Below, in pieces: positions 28,967-38,928 of a DNA stretch of 64,000 nucleotides (position 1 is its first letter; each line of letters opens with the position of its first letter). The translations under genes were made by a program, and so were the position numbers. Below the pieces are notes generated by a model. It saw only the letters and a list, made by a program, of their open reading frames with translations, made no database searches and had not been told where the DNA came from. The stretch lies in IMG/VR virus record IMGVR_UViG_3300042453_004632. One strand, 5' to 3'. Source of the stretch: an uncultured virus (IMG/VR IMGVR_UViG_3300042453_004632) (taxonomy: Duplodnaviria > Heunggongvirae > Uroviricota > Caudoviricetes).

Positions 28967-30370
28967 ATGAAGAGCGTTGATAGGATTTCTGAAATCTTCG
29001 GTGACGATGTCCAGCATCTCCATGGCAACCTTTTCAGGGCCAAGAGATCAAAGATTCGCCTCGCCAAGCCCGGACTGAGCGTGGACGACGGCAAGTTGGT
29101 CTATGGCAACCCCAGGTGGTTTGTCAATAAGGATGGAAATCCTGAGGCCAAGGGCGTTGAGAAGGGCAAGATGGAGGAGCTGAGCAACTCCATCCAGGAC
29201 GAGGGTCTTGAGAACCCGATTCGTCTGCGGGTCAAGGAAAACGGCAAGAAGAGCCATCTAGAGGTCGTGAACGGAGAGCGGCGATTCCGCTGTCTTGATG
29301 ACCTTTGCGAAAAGAATGTTCCTTGTTTTCATCCTGAAACCGGCGAGCAGACCCCTGCCGGCGAGTTGTATGAGTGGGTTGATTGCCGCATTGAATTCAT
29401 GGATGACGAGATGGCTCTCCGTTGTGCCCTCAAGCCCAACGAGACAAGCGAAATCATCGGCGACCTGGCCAGCATCAACGTGGTCAAGACCCTCCGTCAG
29501 TCGGGTTTTGACGATCAGGAAATCTTGAAGGCAACTGGCAAGTCCATCAGTTGGCTCCGCGAGACCGAGAAGATCATCGGTCTTGACGATGTCTGCTTGG
29601 GTCACTTTGAGAACGAAAAGATCAACCGGCAGGTCGCCCTGCACTTGGCTTCCATCAAGGATGCCGAGGAGCGGATCGCTCTTTTGGAAAAGATCAACGA
29701 GTCTGCCATGGCCCGCCATGCCGAAAAGGTAGCCCAGGTTGACCGGAAGATTTCCAACTCTAGCATCGAGCAGGAATGCCAGGAAACGGCCGCCCACCTT
29801 GCTGAGAAAGAGGGCGACGACGATGCTGCCGAGGAGCACAAGGAAAAGGCCGCCAAGGCCAAGAAAAGGGCGGAAGACGGGGTCAAGGAGCGGAAGAAAC
29901 TCTCCCAAAAGGGCTCCGCCGCCACTTCCAAGGATGTTGAAAATGTAACCAAGACGGCGAAGCCGCTGAGTCACAACAAGATTCAGTCGGTCTATATGGA
30001 TCTGATTGAGCAGATCATCGCCGGGGAGGGGTTGGACGAGAACGGCGACTCGCTCGGCATAAACCTGGAGATGCTGGCGGCCGTCTCCGGAGTTTTGTCG
30101 GCCATTATGGAGGGCAACCGTGAGGCCATGGAGGTCTTGACGGAACACTGCCCGCTCGTGATGGACGACGAGGAGTTCTCCGAAATCGCAGACGAGTCGG
30201 ATGACGTTGACCCGGACGACGACTCCGACGACGACTCCGACGACGACGATGATGATGAATACGAGGGCGACGACGAATCCCGCGTTGACGATTCGTACGA
30301 GCCCTCCGAGGATGATGAAAAGGAATTCCAAGGCGTCCGCGACATAGTCGAAGAAGACTACGACGACTGA
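28967..30370 (+). CDS. ParB-like protein with coiled coil and acidic tail
   Basis: NPR, ELSNSIQDEGLENPI, VVNGERRFR; HTH ILKATGKSISW; D/E-rich C-terminus. Confidence 0.8.
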   Translation: MKSVDRISEIFGDDVQHLHGNLFRAKRSKIRLAKPGLSVDDGKLVYGNPRWFVNKDGNPEAKGVEKGKMEELSNSIQDEGLENPIRLRVKENGKKSHLEVVNGERRFRCLDDLCEKNVPCFHPETGEQTPAGELYEWVDCRIEFMDDEMALRCALKPNETSEIIGDLASINVVKTLRQSGFDDQEILKATGKSISWLRETEKIIGLDDVCLGHFENEKINRQVALHLASIKDAEERIALLEKINESAMARHAEKVAQVDRKISNSSIEQECQETAAHLAEKEGDDDAAEEHKEKAAKAKKRAEDGVKERKKLSQKGSAATSKDVENVTKTAKPLSHNKIQSVYMDLIEQIIAGEGLDENGDSLGINLEMLAAVSGVLSAIMEGNREAMEVLTEHCPLVMDDEEFSEIADESDDVDPDDDSDDDSDDDDDDEYEGDDESRVDDSYEPSEDDEKEFQGVRDIVEEDYDD

Positions 30371-30391
30371 TTTCTTTTCAATCTGGTTCAG

Positions 30392-30434
30392 AGAGGGCCA
30401 CCGGGGAAAACCTCGGTGGCCCTCTTTATTTTTC
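30392..30434 (+). terminator. Rho-independent terminator
   Basis: AGAGGGCCACCGGGG-AAAA-CCTCGGTGGCCCTCT followed by T-run. Confidence 0.85.
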
Positions 30435-30527
30435 TATGGCCCAAAAAGAGGCGTGCCGCTTTACTGAAAGTGCTTCGGGCACTATAATCACAGGTGTCGC
30501 AGGGGGCCTTTCAACAAGGAGTTCATC

Positions 30528-31763
30528 GTGGCCAAGTCAAGCCGGTCGGTTGAAAAAAAGTGTGATTTTTGTGGCGGCTCTTCCAAGCAGACCGGCCCAA
30601 TGGTGGAGGGCGGATTTCAAAAAAAGGTCTTCATCTGCGGCGAGTGCCTTAAGACCGCGAATTCAATGATGTCCAAGTCGGACTCGGTTGAATTCAAGCT
30701 CCAGAGCCCCAGAGAAATCGTCCGCAGACTTGACGAGTACATTTGCGGCCAAGAGGATGCCAAACGCCAACTCGCGGTCAGCGTCTACAACCACTATGTC
30801 CGGATTATGGACGGAGAGTGGCGCCAACAAATCAAAGACAAGGATTTGATGGAGACGGACATAGACAAGAACAACGTGCTCATGGTGGGCCCCACAGGTT
30901 CCGGAAAAACGCTGATCGCGTCCACTCTCGCCAAGATACTTGATGTCCCGTTCGCCATAGGTGACGCCACCACGGTCACCGAGGCTGGTTATGTGGGTGA
31001 GGATGTTGAAAATCTGCTTTTGAGACTCCTCCAGGCGGCCGATATGGATGTTGCCAAGGCCCAGATGGGGATTCTTTACATAGACGAAATTGACAAGATC
31101 GGGAGGTCAAACAAAAACGTCTCAATCACCCGTGACGTATCGGGCGAAGGGGTCCAGCAGGCTCTTTTGAAGATGCTTGAGGGCACCGTGGCTAATCTGC
31201 CGCCCCAAGGCGGCAGGAAGCACCCAGAGCAGCAGTACATCCAGATTGACACTTCAAACATTCTCTTCATCTGCGGGGGGACGTTTGTCGGCCTTGACCA
31301 GATCGTCCGCCGCCGCCTCGGTCAGAAAAAAATCGGATTTGGAGGAGAGAACAAAAACATTGAACTCAACAGCAACGATTTGCTCTCGAAGTTCCAGACC
31401 GAGGACCTCATTGAGTTCGGCATGATTCCCGAGTTTGTGGGAAGGCTCCCGGTACAGACGTTCGTGCGGGAACTTTCCGAGAATGAACTTTGCCACGTTC
31501 TGACCGAGCCGAAGAACGCGCTGCTCAAGCAGTACAAGAAGCAATTCTTGTATTCCGGCGTGAATCTTGAATTCACGCCCGAGGCCGTCAGAGAAATTGC
31601 ACGGATCGCCGCCAAGGAAAAAACCGGTGCCCGTGCCCTGAGGGGGGTAATTTCAAAAATCATGAACCCCATCACGTTTGATCTGGTAGATTACAAGAAT
31701 TGCAAAATTGTGATTGACGACAAGATCGTCAGAGGCGAAAAGACCGTTTCCAAGGCCGCATGA
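30528..31763 (+). CDS. clpX: ATP-dependent Clp protease ATPase subunit ClpX
   Basis: CDFCG/ICGEC zinc finger, [51 protein letters not shown] loop, GARALR. Confidence 0.97.
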   Translation: MAKSSRSVEKKCDFCGGSSKQTGPMVEGGFQKKVFICGECLKTANSMMSKSDSVEFKLQSPREIVRRLDEYICGQEDAKRQLAVSVYNHYVRIMDGEWRQQIKDKDLMETDIDKNNVLMVGPTGSGKTLIASTLAKILDVPFAIGDATTVTEAGYVGEDVENLLLRLLQAADMDVAKAQMGILYIDEIDKIGRSNKNVSITRDVSGEGVQQALLKMLEGTVANLPPQGGRKHPEQQYIQIDTSNILFICGGTFVGLDQIVRRRLGQKKIGFGGENKNIELNSNDLLSKFQTEDLIEFGMIPEFVGRLPVQTFVRELSENELCHVLTEPKNALLKQYKKQFLYSGVNLEFTPEAVREIARIAAKEKTGARALRGVISKIMNPITFDLVDYKNCKIVIDDKIVRGEKTVSKAA

Positions 31764-31771
31764 GGTGAAAA

Positions 31772-32032
31772 ATGAAACTCCCCCTGATATCGTACGAAGC
31801 ATCCCAAGCCATAGCCAAGGCTGTCAAGGAACGCCACCCCGTTTCCAGCCTTGAAGAACTCGGAATTGGCCAGAGGATGATAAATCTATTTCAGTCAAAT
31901 GGAATCCACGACATGAACGATCTCATGCACAAAAAAAGACAGGATTTAATGGGAATGCAAAATTTCGGGGAAAAGCAACTTTTTGTTCTTTTTGAGGCGC
32001 TTTCAAAGTATCATAATCTTTGTGATCTTTGA
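31772..32032 (+). CDS. Stand-alone RNA polymerase alpha-CTD-like protein
   Basis: LEELGI..RM.N.F..NGI..MNDL...DLMGMQNFGEK. Confidence 0.8.
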   Translation: MKLPLISYEASQAIAKAVKERHPVSSLEELGIGQRMINLFQSNGIHDMNDLMHKKRQDLMGMQNFGEKQLFVLFEALSKYHNLCDL

Positions 32033-32722
32033 GTAGCCATAGCGAATTGACATTTCCTTCAATCTTTTTTTGATGTCTGGATTTGTTATTTCTGTCAATA
32101 TCCATTCGCGAGAAAGATTCGCCGCCGAATTGCATTCGTTATTGTCGTAAGCCTCTCCTCGGAATCCGAAAAAATCTTTCACTTTTTCGGGTCCGTCTTC
32201 TATTCGGTGGAACAATACCACCCTACCGCTGTTTTCTATCATCTCGTTCCACTTGATGTAAAAAAGACAAGCCCGGTCCAGTTGGGACTTTTCTTGTGAG
32301 AGTTCTGGGAGATTGTCATATATGAACTTCTCGTAGTCAAAATGGCATGGGTTGTCTCCGAAATGGGTCGGCACGTCGTTCAGAAATTGACTGAAACCAT
32401 GGCCGATCAAAGACCCAATCACCTTGATGGGATTTCTGACGACATGAATCACTTTTGCGTTCAAATCCTTGAGGAAGGGAGCCGCCATGTAGCTGGATTC
32501 GGCCTCCGTATCCATCTCGTAGTCGGACAGGTTTTCGCCCCTTGAAATTCTGCTGCTTATGGCGGGTTCTCCCCCGGCCAGAACTTTTTTGGCGTGATCC
32601 AATCCCTTGGGGGTGAAAATGGCCTCGTGCGTACACGGCGTGCCCATGCTTGTAAGAAGATTCGCCATGAACAATGTGCCGCACCTGCCCGTGCCTGTGA
32701 CTAAGTACTTTAGATTTATCAC
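32003..32722 (-). CDS. Sulfotransferase-like protein
   Basis: VTGTGRCGT, HE, IHVVRNP..VI.S, RIED. Confidence 0.7.
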   Translation of the reverse strand: MINLKYLVTGTGRCGTLFMANLLTSMGTPCTHEAIFTPKGLDHAKKVLAGGEPAISSRISRGENLSDYEMDTEAESSYMAAPFLKDLNAKVIHVVRNPIKVIGSLIGHGFSQFLNDVPTHFGDNPCHFDYEKFIYDNLPELSQEKSQLDRACLFYIKWNEMIENSGRVVLFHRIEDGPEKVKDFFGFRGEAYDNNECNSAANLSREWILTEITNPDIKKRLKEMSIRYGYSKITKIMIL

Positions 32723-32737
32723 TTACTATCATAGTGC

Positions 32738-33772
32738 ATGGAATATGACATAGAAATTCTCGTGCCTTTGTGCGGGCGGTACTTGGATCGGATTGAGGAT
32801 TTCAAGAAGTACGGACTCATAAACACATCTAAGCACAAAGTACTCGTCAGCATAGTGCTAAGCAATGAAGAAATAAAGGGGTTGGAAGAGGGGTGGCCTC
32901 CTGGTGTTGACGCCGTGGTGGTCAATAATTCATGCTCCAATCACATCCGTAATCTTTACAGATACTATGCCAATTTATCCGAGGACAAGATAAAAGCCAG
33001 ATGGCTCATGCGAGTGGACGATGATTCGTGCACGGACATAGAGGGACTTGTCCACAATTTGGACACCTTTTACGACCATGAGGACAAGTTTTATCTGGGT
33101 GATCTGACCGAGTTCTATTGGGCCTTGAGAACCGGCGAGGATGCCCCCTACTCAGAATACAAAAAATGGCTGGGGGATTACGAGCGAATAGTTGATTTAC
33201 TGAGAAGCGAGGTTGAGTGCGGCATTATCTCTAAGGGCGGCCTTATTCACATGCTTCGAAACGAACGTTGCATGGGACTTATAAAACACAGGTCCGAACT
33301 TGATGGGGGTCACGGGGACTGTGCTTTGGCTGTGGCTGCCGCAATTTCAAAGTTCTACCCCATGCAGTGTCCTTTTCTTTCAAAGGGACCTTCCGTTGAA
33401 GAATTCAGTATTTTTGGCCGCGGTGACAAAAATCACATTCATCTTATAGCAAGAAAAGAAGCGGGCGACCATTTTCCTAGAAACAGCAATCACTTCAAAA
33501 TAATTGAAAAATTTGTAGAAAACTGCCTGACCGAAAAAGAAAAAACAATCGTGGAAAAAAAATACCTCGTGGAAACTGAGGAGTTCGTCAAGTTGTACTT
33601 TTTCCAACAAAACTACACACTCAGGATTAAATTTGAGGAACGAATTTTTCACTGGATGGAGGACGAAGAAGGCTTGATATGCGTAATTGACCAAGGCAAT
33701 GTGATCAATAGGTTTAATTTGGAAGATAATGGTGATCTTGTGGATGGAGAAATGGTACTCCGACAAATCTAG
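32738..33772 (+). CDS. Putative glycosyltransferase (Fringe/GT31-like)
   Basis: RWLMRVDDDS, FYLG, GDCAL. Confidence 0.55.
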   Translation: MEYDIEILVPLCGRYLDRIEDFKKYGLINTSKHKVLVSIVLSNEEIKGLEEGWPPGVDAVVVNNSCSNHIRNLYRYYANLSEDKIKARWLMRVDDDSCTDIEGLVHNLDTFYDHEDKFYLGDLTEFYWALRTGEDAPYSEYKKWLGDYERIVDLLRSEVECGIISKGGLIHMLRNERCMGLIKHRSELDGGHGDCALAVAAAISKFYPMQCPFLSKGPSVEEFSIFGRGDKNHIHLIARKEAGDHFPRNSNHFKIIEKFVENCLTEKEKTIVEKKYLVETEEFVKLYFFQQNYTLRIKFEERIFHWMEDEEGLICVIDQGNVINRFNLEDNGDLVDGEMVLRQI

Positions 33773-33832
33773 GGTTGCACTTTATTGGCCACCTGCTATA
33801 ATGGTATTTATCCTAAATAAAGGGGGTGGCTT

Positions 33833-34042
33833 TTGTTGTATTACGTGAAGACTGGGGACATAGACACCTCATTGAGAGCCTCAAGTCATTTTCATGCGGC
33901 TAAAAAAGCCGTGTCAAACGGCGGGGATTACGGCATTTGCGTGGTTGTGAGTGAGAAGCAGATCAGCGAGGATTCTGAGGATAATGTTTATTTCTTCACC
34001 GAGAATCTGTTCCCATCGCCAGAAATGCGCGTCGTAACCTAA
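33833..34042 (+). CDS. Hypothetical protein
   Basis: Promoter TTGCAC-16-TATAAT and G-rich RBS upstream. Confidence 0.55.
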   Translation: MLYYVKTGDIDTSLRASSHFHAAKKAVSNGGDYGICVVVSEKQISEDSEDNVYFFTENLFPSPEMRVVT

Positions 34043-34736
34043 ATTTTTCTTCTACGAATTTTTCAATATTCACGACGTTCTGCATCTGTTCACCGATGTC
34101 CGTCAATTTGCCCCTGTAGGCGACCCCTGTTATGGGATACCAGAAATAATGGTGTAGCCATACTTGAAGGTTCATTTCTTTTCTGGCGTGCGAGTCGCTT
34201 TCAATCTCAACTGTGATCGCCGAACTCACGATGCTTTCTGAAATCTGCGGTTCCTTGAGGCAACTTACGAGAGATTTGGCCTTCCAAAATCTGGCTTGGA
34301 AATTAAAAATCCATTCGCTCTCGGGCTTAAACTTGAGAAGTTTTATTTCTTGGATCGTCAAATCTGTTGATTCAAGTTCGTAGTGCGGGGTGTAGGTACT
34401 GACTTGGAGGGCGTCCATTTCGTTCTTGACGAACAAATCGTACAAGGATCGGAACCGCGAGGCCGACATCGGTGCAATCGGCCAGAAGTCCTCAAGCATG
34501 TAGAACACGTGATCGTGGCCCGCTTTATCGAGGGCCGATTTCAGATTCTGGACGAACGATCCGGTCCCTGTTCTTATTTGTTTGAATCTGCGGGGCAACT
34601 CAAGTTTTTTTTCTTCGTTGCAGAAATACATTGGCATTTCTATTGATTCGTCCCAATGCTTTTCCATGAAATGGAAGAAACCGTCCCAGAATTTTTCGTA
34701 CTTGTCGCAAGTCTGAATGATTATGGCGCAATTCAT
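33996..34736 (-). CDS. Putative glycosyltransferase
   Basis: TCDKY..FWD.F, FYMLEDFW, QA.FWK. Confidence 0.6.
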   Translation of the reverse strand: MNCAIIIQTCDKYEKFWDGFFHFMEKHWDESIEMPMYFCNEEKKLELPRRFKQIRTGTGSFVQNLKSALDKAGHDHVFYMLEDFWPIAPMSASRFRSLYDLFVKNEMDALQVSTYTPHYELESTDLTIQEIKLLKFKPESEWIFNFQARFWKAKSLVSCLKEPQISESIVSSAITVEIESDSHARKEMNLQVWLHHYFWYPITGVAYRGKLTDIGEQMQNVVNIEKFVEEKFRLRRAFLAMGTDSR

Positions 34737-35428
34737 ATTCTTTTGATTTCCAAGGGCGTCAGACTCGTTGTGTCGTCAAAAAGCATGATTGCGTCTATGG
34801 CCGATATGAGTCCTTCAATTGCGATGTCTATTAGTCCTTCATCGCACCTCAATTCATGCACCATTTTCAATTGTACGGAGTCTACCATCTTGTCCGGGTA
34901 CCATTTTACGAAAAGTTGATTAAGATTGTGCCTTGACTTGCCTGCATAAAATCCTCCCGGCCCTCCTTCGTAGACCCCGAAACCCTCCGCCTGAAGGTGG
35001 TGCATGAACGCATTTTTGAATCTTGGGCGGCACGAGTAAGAAGGAGGCCTGCCGTCTCCCACTCCCATGATGAGGTCAAGGTTCTCGTCCTTTGCGGCTT
35101 CCCTGACTTGATCCCCGCAGCCGTGCAGTATCAACATGAACACCCTGTCGTCGTACTTTCTTTTGATTTTGGCCACCGACCTCAGTATCGGGTGCAAGAA
35201 TTCTTCCTTCACCACGTCGGAATGAAGATGGCGAATGTCGTTGCAATTAGCCAAATCTTTCCAGAAGTCAACCTCCGCCGACTTTTTCCACCCCCTGTTT
35301 ATCACAGCGTACGCTCCGAACTCCTTGGCGATTGTCTCTGCTATGTAGTCTGTGTTGAAATCATCGGGGCCGTGGGGGGCCACGAGCAGGACGGGCGCGG
35401 AACCTTCTATGAAGCTTGTTCTTTCCAT
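34733..35428 (-). CDS. Zn-dependent hydrolase-like protein (N-formylglutamate amidohydrolase-like fold)
   Basis: VLLVAPHG, ILHGC, SVQL motifs. Confidence 0.5.
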   Translation of the reverse strand: MERTSFIEGSAPVLLVAPHGPDDFNTDYIAETIAKEFGAYAVINRGWKKSAEVDFWKDLANCNDIRHLHSDVVKEEFLHPILRSVAKIKRKYDDRVFMLILHGCGDQVREAAKDENLDLIMGVGDGRPPSYSCRPRFKNAFMHHLQAEGFGVYEGGPGGFYAGKSRHNLNQLFVKWYPDKMVDSVQLKMVHELRCDEGLIDIAIEGLISAIDAIMLFDDTTSLTPLEIKRI

Positions 35429-35523
35429 GATTTAAGTAGAGTCGGAAAGCGTCTCACTTTACTTCGTTGAATTTCGGGCAATAATGACTGCGGGGTGTTG
35501 TGGTTTTTAAAGGAGACGAGATC

Positions 35524-36411
35524 ATGGAAGACAGACTGCGTAGGATTCGGGAGTCAATCCCCAAGAAGTTCTTTTTTGACGAGTCTTTTGAGAAAAACGG
35601 CCGAGCGGCTCACATCTTGTCGGACATCCCACTTTCCTACGAAGGGGTGGACCACGGCAACATGCTTAAATGTTCTCCGCTTCTGACCAAGGAACAGGAA
35701 CTCCGCCTGTTCGTAAAGTTGAACTATCTACGGTACAGACTCGTCAAGTTGACCGTAGGTTTTCCCAATTGCCCAAAGGGTCCCGCCCCCAAGCCTTGTA
35801 AGGGTCAAAGGCTCGAAGTTCTCAAGGAAAGCGGCGTCAGAAGGCTGGAGGACCTGATCGTCCGCATCCAAGAGACCAGAAACATAATCCTCAAGGCGAA
35901 CACCAGGCTCATCGTAAAGCAGGCGAACAAGAACGCCCAATCTGAATTCGAGTACGATGAGATGATTTCCAACGGTTGTTGCCATGTGATGAAGGCGATA
36001 GACAACTTTGATTTCAGGAGAGGATTCAAGTTCTCCACTTATTGCGTAAGAGTTCTTAAATCCAATCTCTGGCGGGACCGCACCACCGCATTCAAGATCA
36101 GGGCTCCTCTTGAGTTCTCCGAATCAATCAACACCGCCCCGTCTAGGTTTGAGGCGGACTTGTCCGAGGTGAACACCGAGTACAACAGAAGGATGATAGA
36201 AAAAATCTTCGGCCACATCCGCTCTAAAATGAAAAAGCCGGAAGACAAGGTTGAAATCCTTCGCGGCTTGTTCGGATTGGATGGAAAGCCTCTTTTTCTT
36301 CGGGAACTGGGCGACAAAATAGGCTTGACGAAGGAGAGAATCAGACAGATAAAGAAGGGGGTAATTGAAGCGGTTGGCAAATCTGACTTGGTCTACGACC
36401 CGCTTATCTGA
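35524..36411 (+). CDS. Sigma-70 family RNA polymerase sigma factor
   Basis: PLLTKEQE, ANTRLIV, KAIDNFDFRRGFKFSTY, LRELGDKIGLTKERIRQI. Confidence 0.93.
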   Translation: MEDRLRRIRESIPKKFFFDESFEKNGRAAHILSDIPLSYEGVDHGNMLKCSPLLTKEQELRLFVKLNYLRYRLVKLTVGFPNCPKGPAPKPCKGQRLEVLKESGVRRLEDLIVRIQETRNIILKANTRLIVKQANKNAQSEFEYDEMISNGCCHVMKAIDNFDFRRGFKFSTYCVRVLKSNLWRDRTTAFKIRAPLEFSESINTAPSRFEADLSEVNTEYNRRMIEKIFGHIRSKMKKPEDKVEILRGLFGLDGKPLFLRELGDKIGLTKERIRQIKKGVIEAVGKSDLVYDPLI

Positions 36412-36600
36412 GAAATTCAAGAAAAGTCGTCGCACAAAATAAGATCTTCATTCGGGCCTTTCTTGGATGTTTTCCGGCAAAAATTTGAGGCTGTGGCTTT
36501 TGTTGAGGGCGATGGACGGACACCTAACTTAGAAGACCTCGAAAAAAACACTTGTCAGAATCCTCAAAGGGTGTAAGGTTTAACCCTGAGGACTAAAGAC

Positions 36601-37551
36601 ATGTGTGCCGAAATGATCCCGTTCGTCGGGCTTTCCGAGGAAAAGAAGTTGGAACTGGAACGTTCGCTTCGCGAGCGGAACCTGATCCTCGCCCGATACC
36701 ATGGTTTTTTCACCTCCGCAGCGGGAGTTGAGGACCATAAGAGGCGCGACTTCTTCAACATGATCGTTGAATCCGGTCCCGGAGACATTGAATTGTCGGG
36801 AGTGAGGATTCCCGCCTCGGACGTGGCCAAGATCTGCGAGATCAAGGACATAGAGTGGAGACTCATCCAAGGGTTCTCCAAACTCATCTCCAAGATGGCT
36901 CGCAAATGGCATGACTCCACGAATGATCTTTCGCTTGATGTGGAGGATTTGGAGAGCGAGGCTTTCCAGGCGGCCGTGTATTCGGTCCTTCATTTCACCA
37001 AAGAAGAAAGGTACAGCACCTTTCTCTACCATTGCGTCAATCGCCACATTTCCAAAATTTGCTCTAAGTCCGGTGGTTTGTCCGGAATTTCACGGGAATG
37101 CTCGAAGAGGAGAAGGCGATGCCAGAAGTTGCTCCTTGAGGAAGGGGCCACCTTTGACAGCGTGGTGGGCGAGATGGGACTCTCCGACAGGCAAATCCGT
37201 CGCCTTCATTTTTCTCTGACGAAGGTCCGTGCCGCCTCCGACTTGTCCGACGAACAGAAGGAATTGGTGGCGGTTGACAACCACCCCGGCCCGAGCGAAA
37301 AATACGAAGTCTCCCTGTTGGAAAAGATTGTGCCGAATCTTGATCTGAACGAACTTGAGAAGGCGGTTCTGGATGGTTTTATGAACTCGCCATCGGGCAG
37401 TCTCGGCATCGGTTCCTTATCGAAGAACTTGATCAATCCTAAGACCAACAAGCCCTACACAAGAATGTCCTTCACCTACGCCTGGAAGAGAGTCAAAAAG
37501 AAGATCGCCGACGCCTGCGGACAAGGACTACTGGAAAACGCCGCCGCTTGA
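36601..37551 (+). CDS. Divergent sigma-70-like factor
   Basis: KLISKMARKW, VEDLESEA, YSTFLYHCV region-2-like segments. Confidence 0.7.
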   Translation: MCAEMIPFVGLSEEKKLELERSLRERNLILARYHGFFTSAAGVEDHKRRDFFNMIVESGPGDIELSGVRIPASDVAKICEIKDIEWRLIQGFSKLISKMARKWHDSTNDLSLDVEDLESEAFQAAVYSVLHFTKEERYSTFLYHCVNRHISKICSKSGGLSGISRECSKRRRRCQKLLLEEGATFDSVVGEMGLSDRQIRRLHFSLTKVRAASDLSDEQKELVAVDNHPGPSEKYEVSLLEKIVPNLDLNELEKAVLDGFMNSPSGSLGIGSLSKNLINPKTNKPYTRMSFTYAWKRVKKKIADACGQGLLENAAA

Positions 37552-37602
37552 GTCTCGAAAAATCGCCGGGGCGGATTCCATAGGGGTACAAGGAGAAAAG
37601 AA

Positions 37603-38727
37603 ATGGGAATGAGAGAAATCATCGTCGCTCAGAAGGAGTTGGAGTTTGACCCCATTGACGCCGAGACGCGGCGAATGCTGGTCAGCCCCGACAACCCCAA
37701 GTTCAATCTCAACAAGTTCGTCGGCAACAAGGAGGCGATCCGCTGCCTCACTCGTGCCGTGTTCTCGGCTCTCGGAAAGGACGACCGCTGCTGCTCCGAC
37801 TACTCGTTCGCTCTCTGTGGTCCTCCTTCTACGGGTAAGACTCATCTCGCCAAGTTGTTCGCGACAAGCCTGAAGATTCCGTTCGTTCAGATCGAGCCCC
37901 AGTCAATTTCCAAGACCCACGACATCTTCCTTGAGATTCAGAAGGCAGTTGCCGAGTTCAATCCCGACATCTCGCTTGTTGAGTATCCCGGCAACCGTTA
38001 CGTGCTTCCTCCGATGGTGGTGTTCATTGACGAGGTCCACAACCTCAAGAACAACGTGGTTCAAGGCCTTCTCAAGGCCACGGAGCCCAACGACCGCACG
38101 ATGGTGACAGAGGAGGGGTTTGAGATCAGCACGAAGAAGGTGTGCTGGATGATCGCCACCACCGACAGAGGCGATCTGTTTGACGCTTTTGACACCCGAT
38201 TCCAGAAGGTCGTTCTCCAACTCTATTCGCAGAAGGAGATGGCCCAGATCATCAAGTTGAACAACCCCGAGTGGGACGATGAAATCTGCCTGCTCGTTGC
38301 CAAGTACAACTCGCAGGTTCCCCGCGAGGCTCTGGCCTTCGCCCGGGACATGAGAGTTGAGTACGAGATGAACGGCAGGGCCACGTGGGAGGAGGTCGCA
38401 GCCATCGTCGCCAAGGACCACAAGATAGACGAACACGGAATGACGCTGTCGCGGGTGCAGGTCCTCAAGGCCCTCGGACAGAGTCCTGTGTCGGCCGCCC
38501 AGATGCAATTTGTGGTGGGCGTCAAGGAAGATGAACTGAGAAAGTTCATCATGCCGCCGCTCATGTCCCGCACCCCGGATCGGGAACCTTTGGTGACCGT
38601 TTCGTCGCGGGGCTATACGATCACCATGGCTGGCCTCAAGGAATTGGATAAGAGGGGATTGCCCAACAGGGGCATTGATGCCATCCCCGAGCAGATTCGG
38701 CAGATTTTTGACTTCTCAAACAACTAA
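37603..38727 (+). CDS. RuvB-like AAA+ ATPase
   Basis: GPPSTGKT, FIDEVH, IATT..G.L..AFDTRF, PREAL, IDEHGMT. Confidence 0.82.
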   Translation: MGMREIIVAQKELEFDPIDAETRRMLVSPDNPKFNLNKFVGNKEAIRCLTRAVFSALGKDDRCCSDYSFALCGPPSTGKTHLAKLFATSLKIPFVQIEPQSISKTHDIFLEIQKAVAEFNPDISLVEYPGNRYVLPPMVVFIDEVHNLKNNVVQGLLKATEPNDRTMVTEEGFEISTKKVCWMIATTDRGDLFDAFDTRFQKVVLQLYSQKEMAQIIKLNNPEWDDEICLLVAKYNSQVPREALAFARDMRVEYEMNGRATWEEVAAIVAKDHKIDEHGMTLSRVQVLKALGQSPVSAAQMQFVVGVKEDELRKFIMPPLMSRTPDREPLVTVSSRGYTITMAGLKELDKRGLPNRGIDAIPEQIRQIFDFSNN

Positions 38728-38738
38728 GGAGACCGACG

Positions 38739-38864
38739 ATGCCCGCCTTCGTGATTTGCATGATTCTTCTCTGTCTGATTTATCCCCCGTTCCTCGGTTT
38801 CGTCGGGGGCATTGCGGCTTTCTTCGCGATTTCGTGGCTTATTGCAAAGCTCCTCGGAGCCTAA
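38739..38864 (+). CDS. 41-aa membrane peptide (not in ORF track)
   Basis: AAGGAG RBS; MPAFVICMILLCLIYPPFLGFVGGIAAFFAISWLIAKLLGA. Confidence 0.6.
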   Translation: MPAFVICMILLCLIYPPFLGFVGGIAAFFAISWLIAKLLGA

Positions 38865-38928
38865 AAATTTTTGCTTTACCGTGTGTTTTTTCGTCCTAGA
38901 ATGACAGTACTAAGAAAGGAACAGTAAG

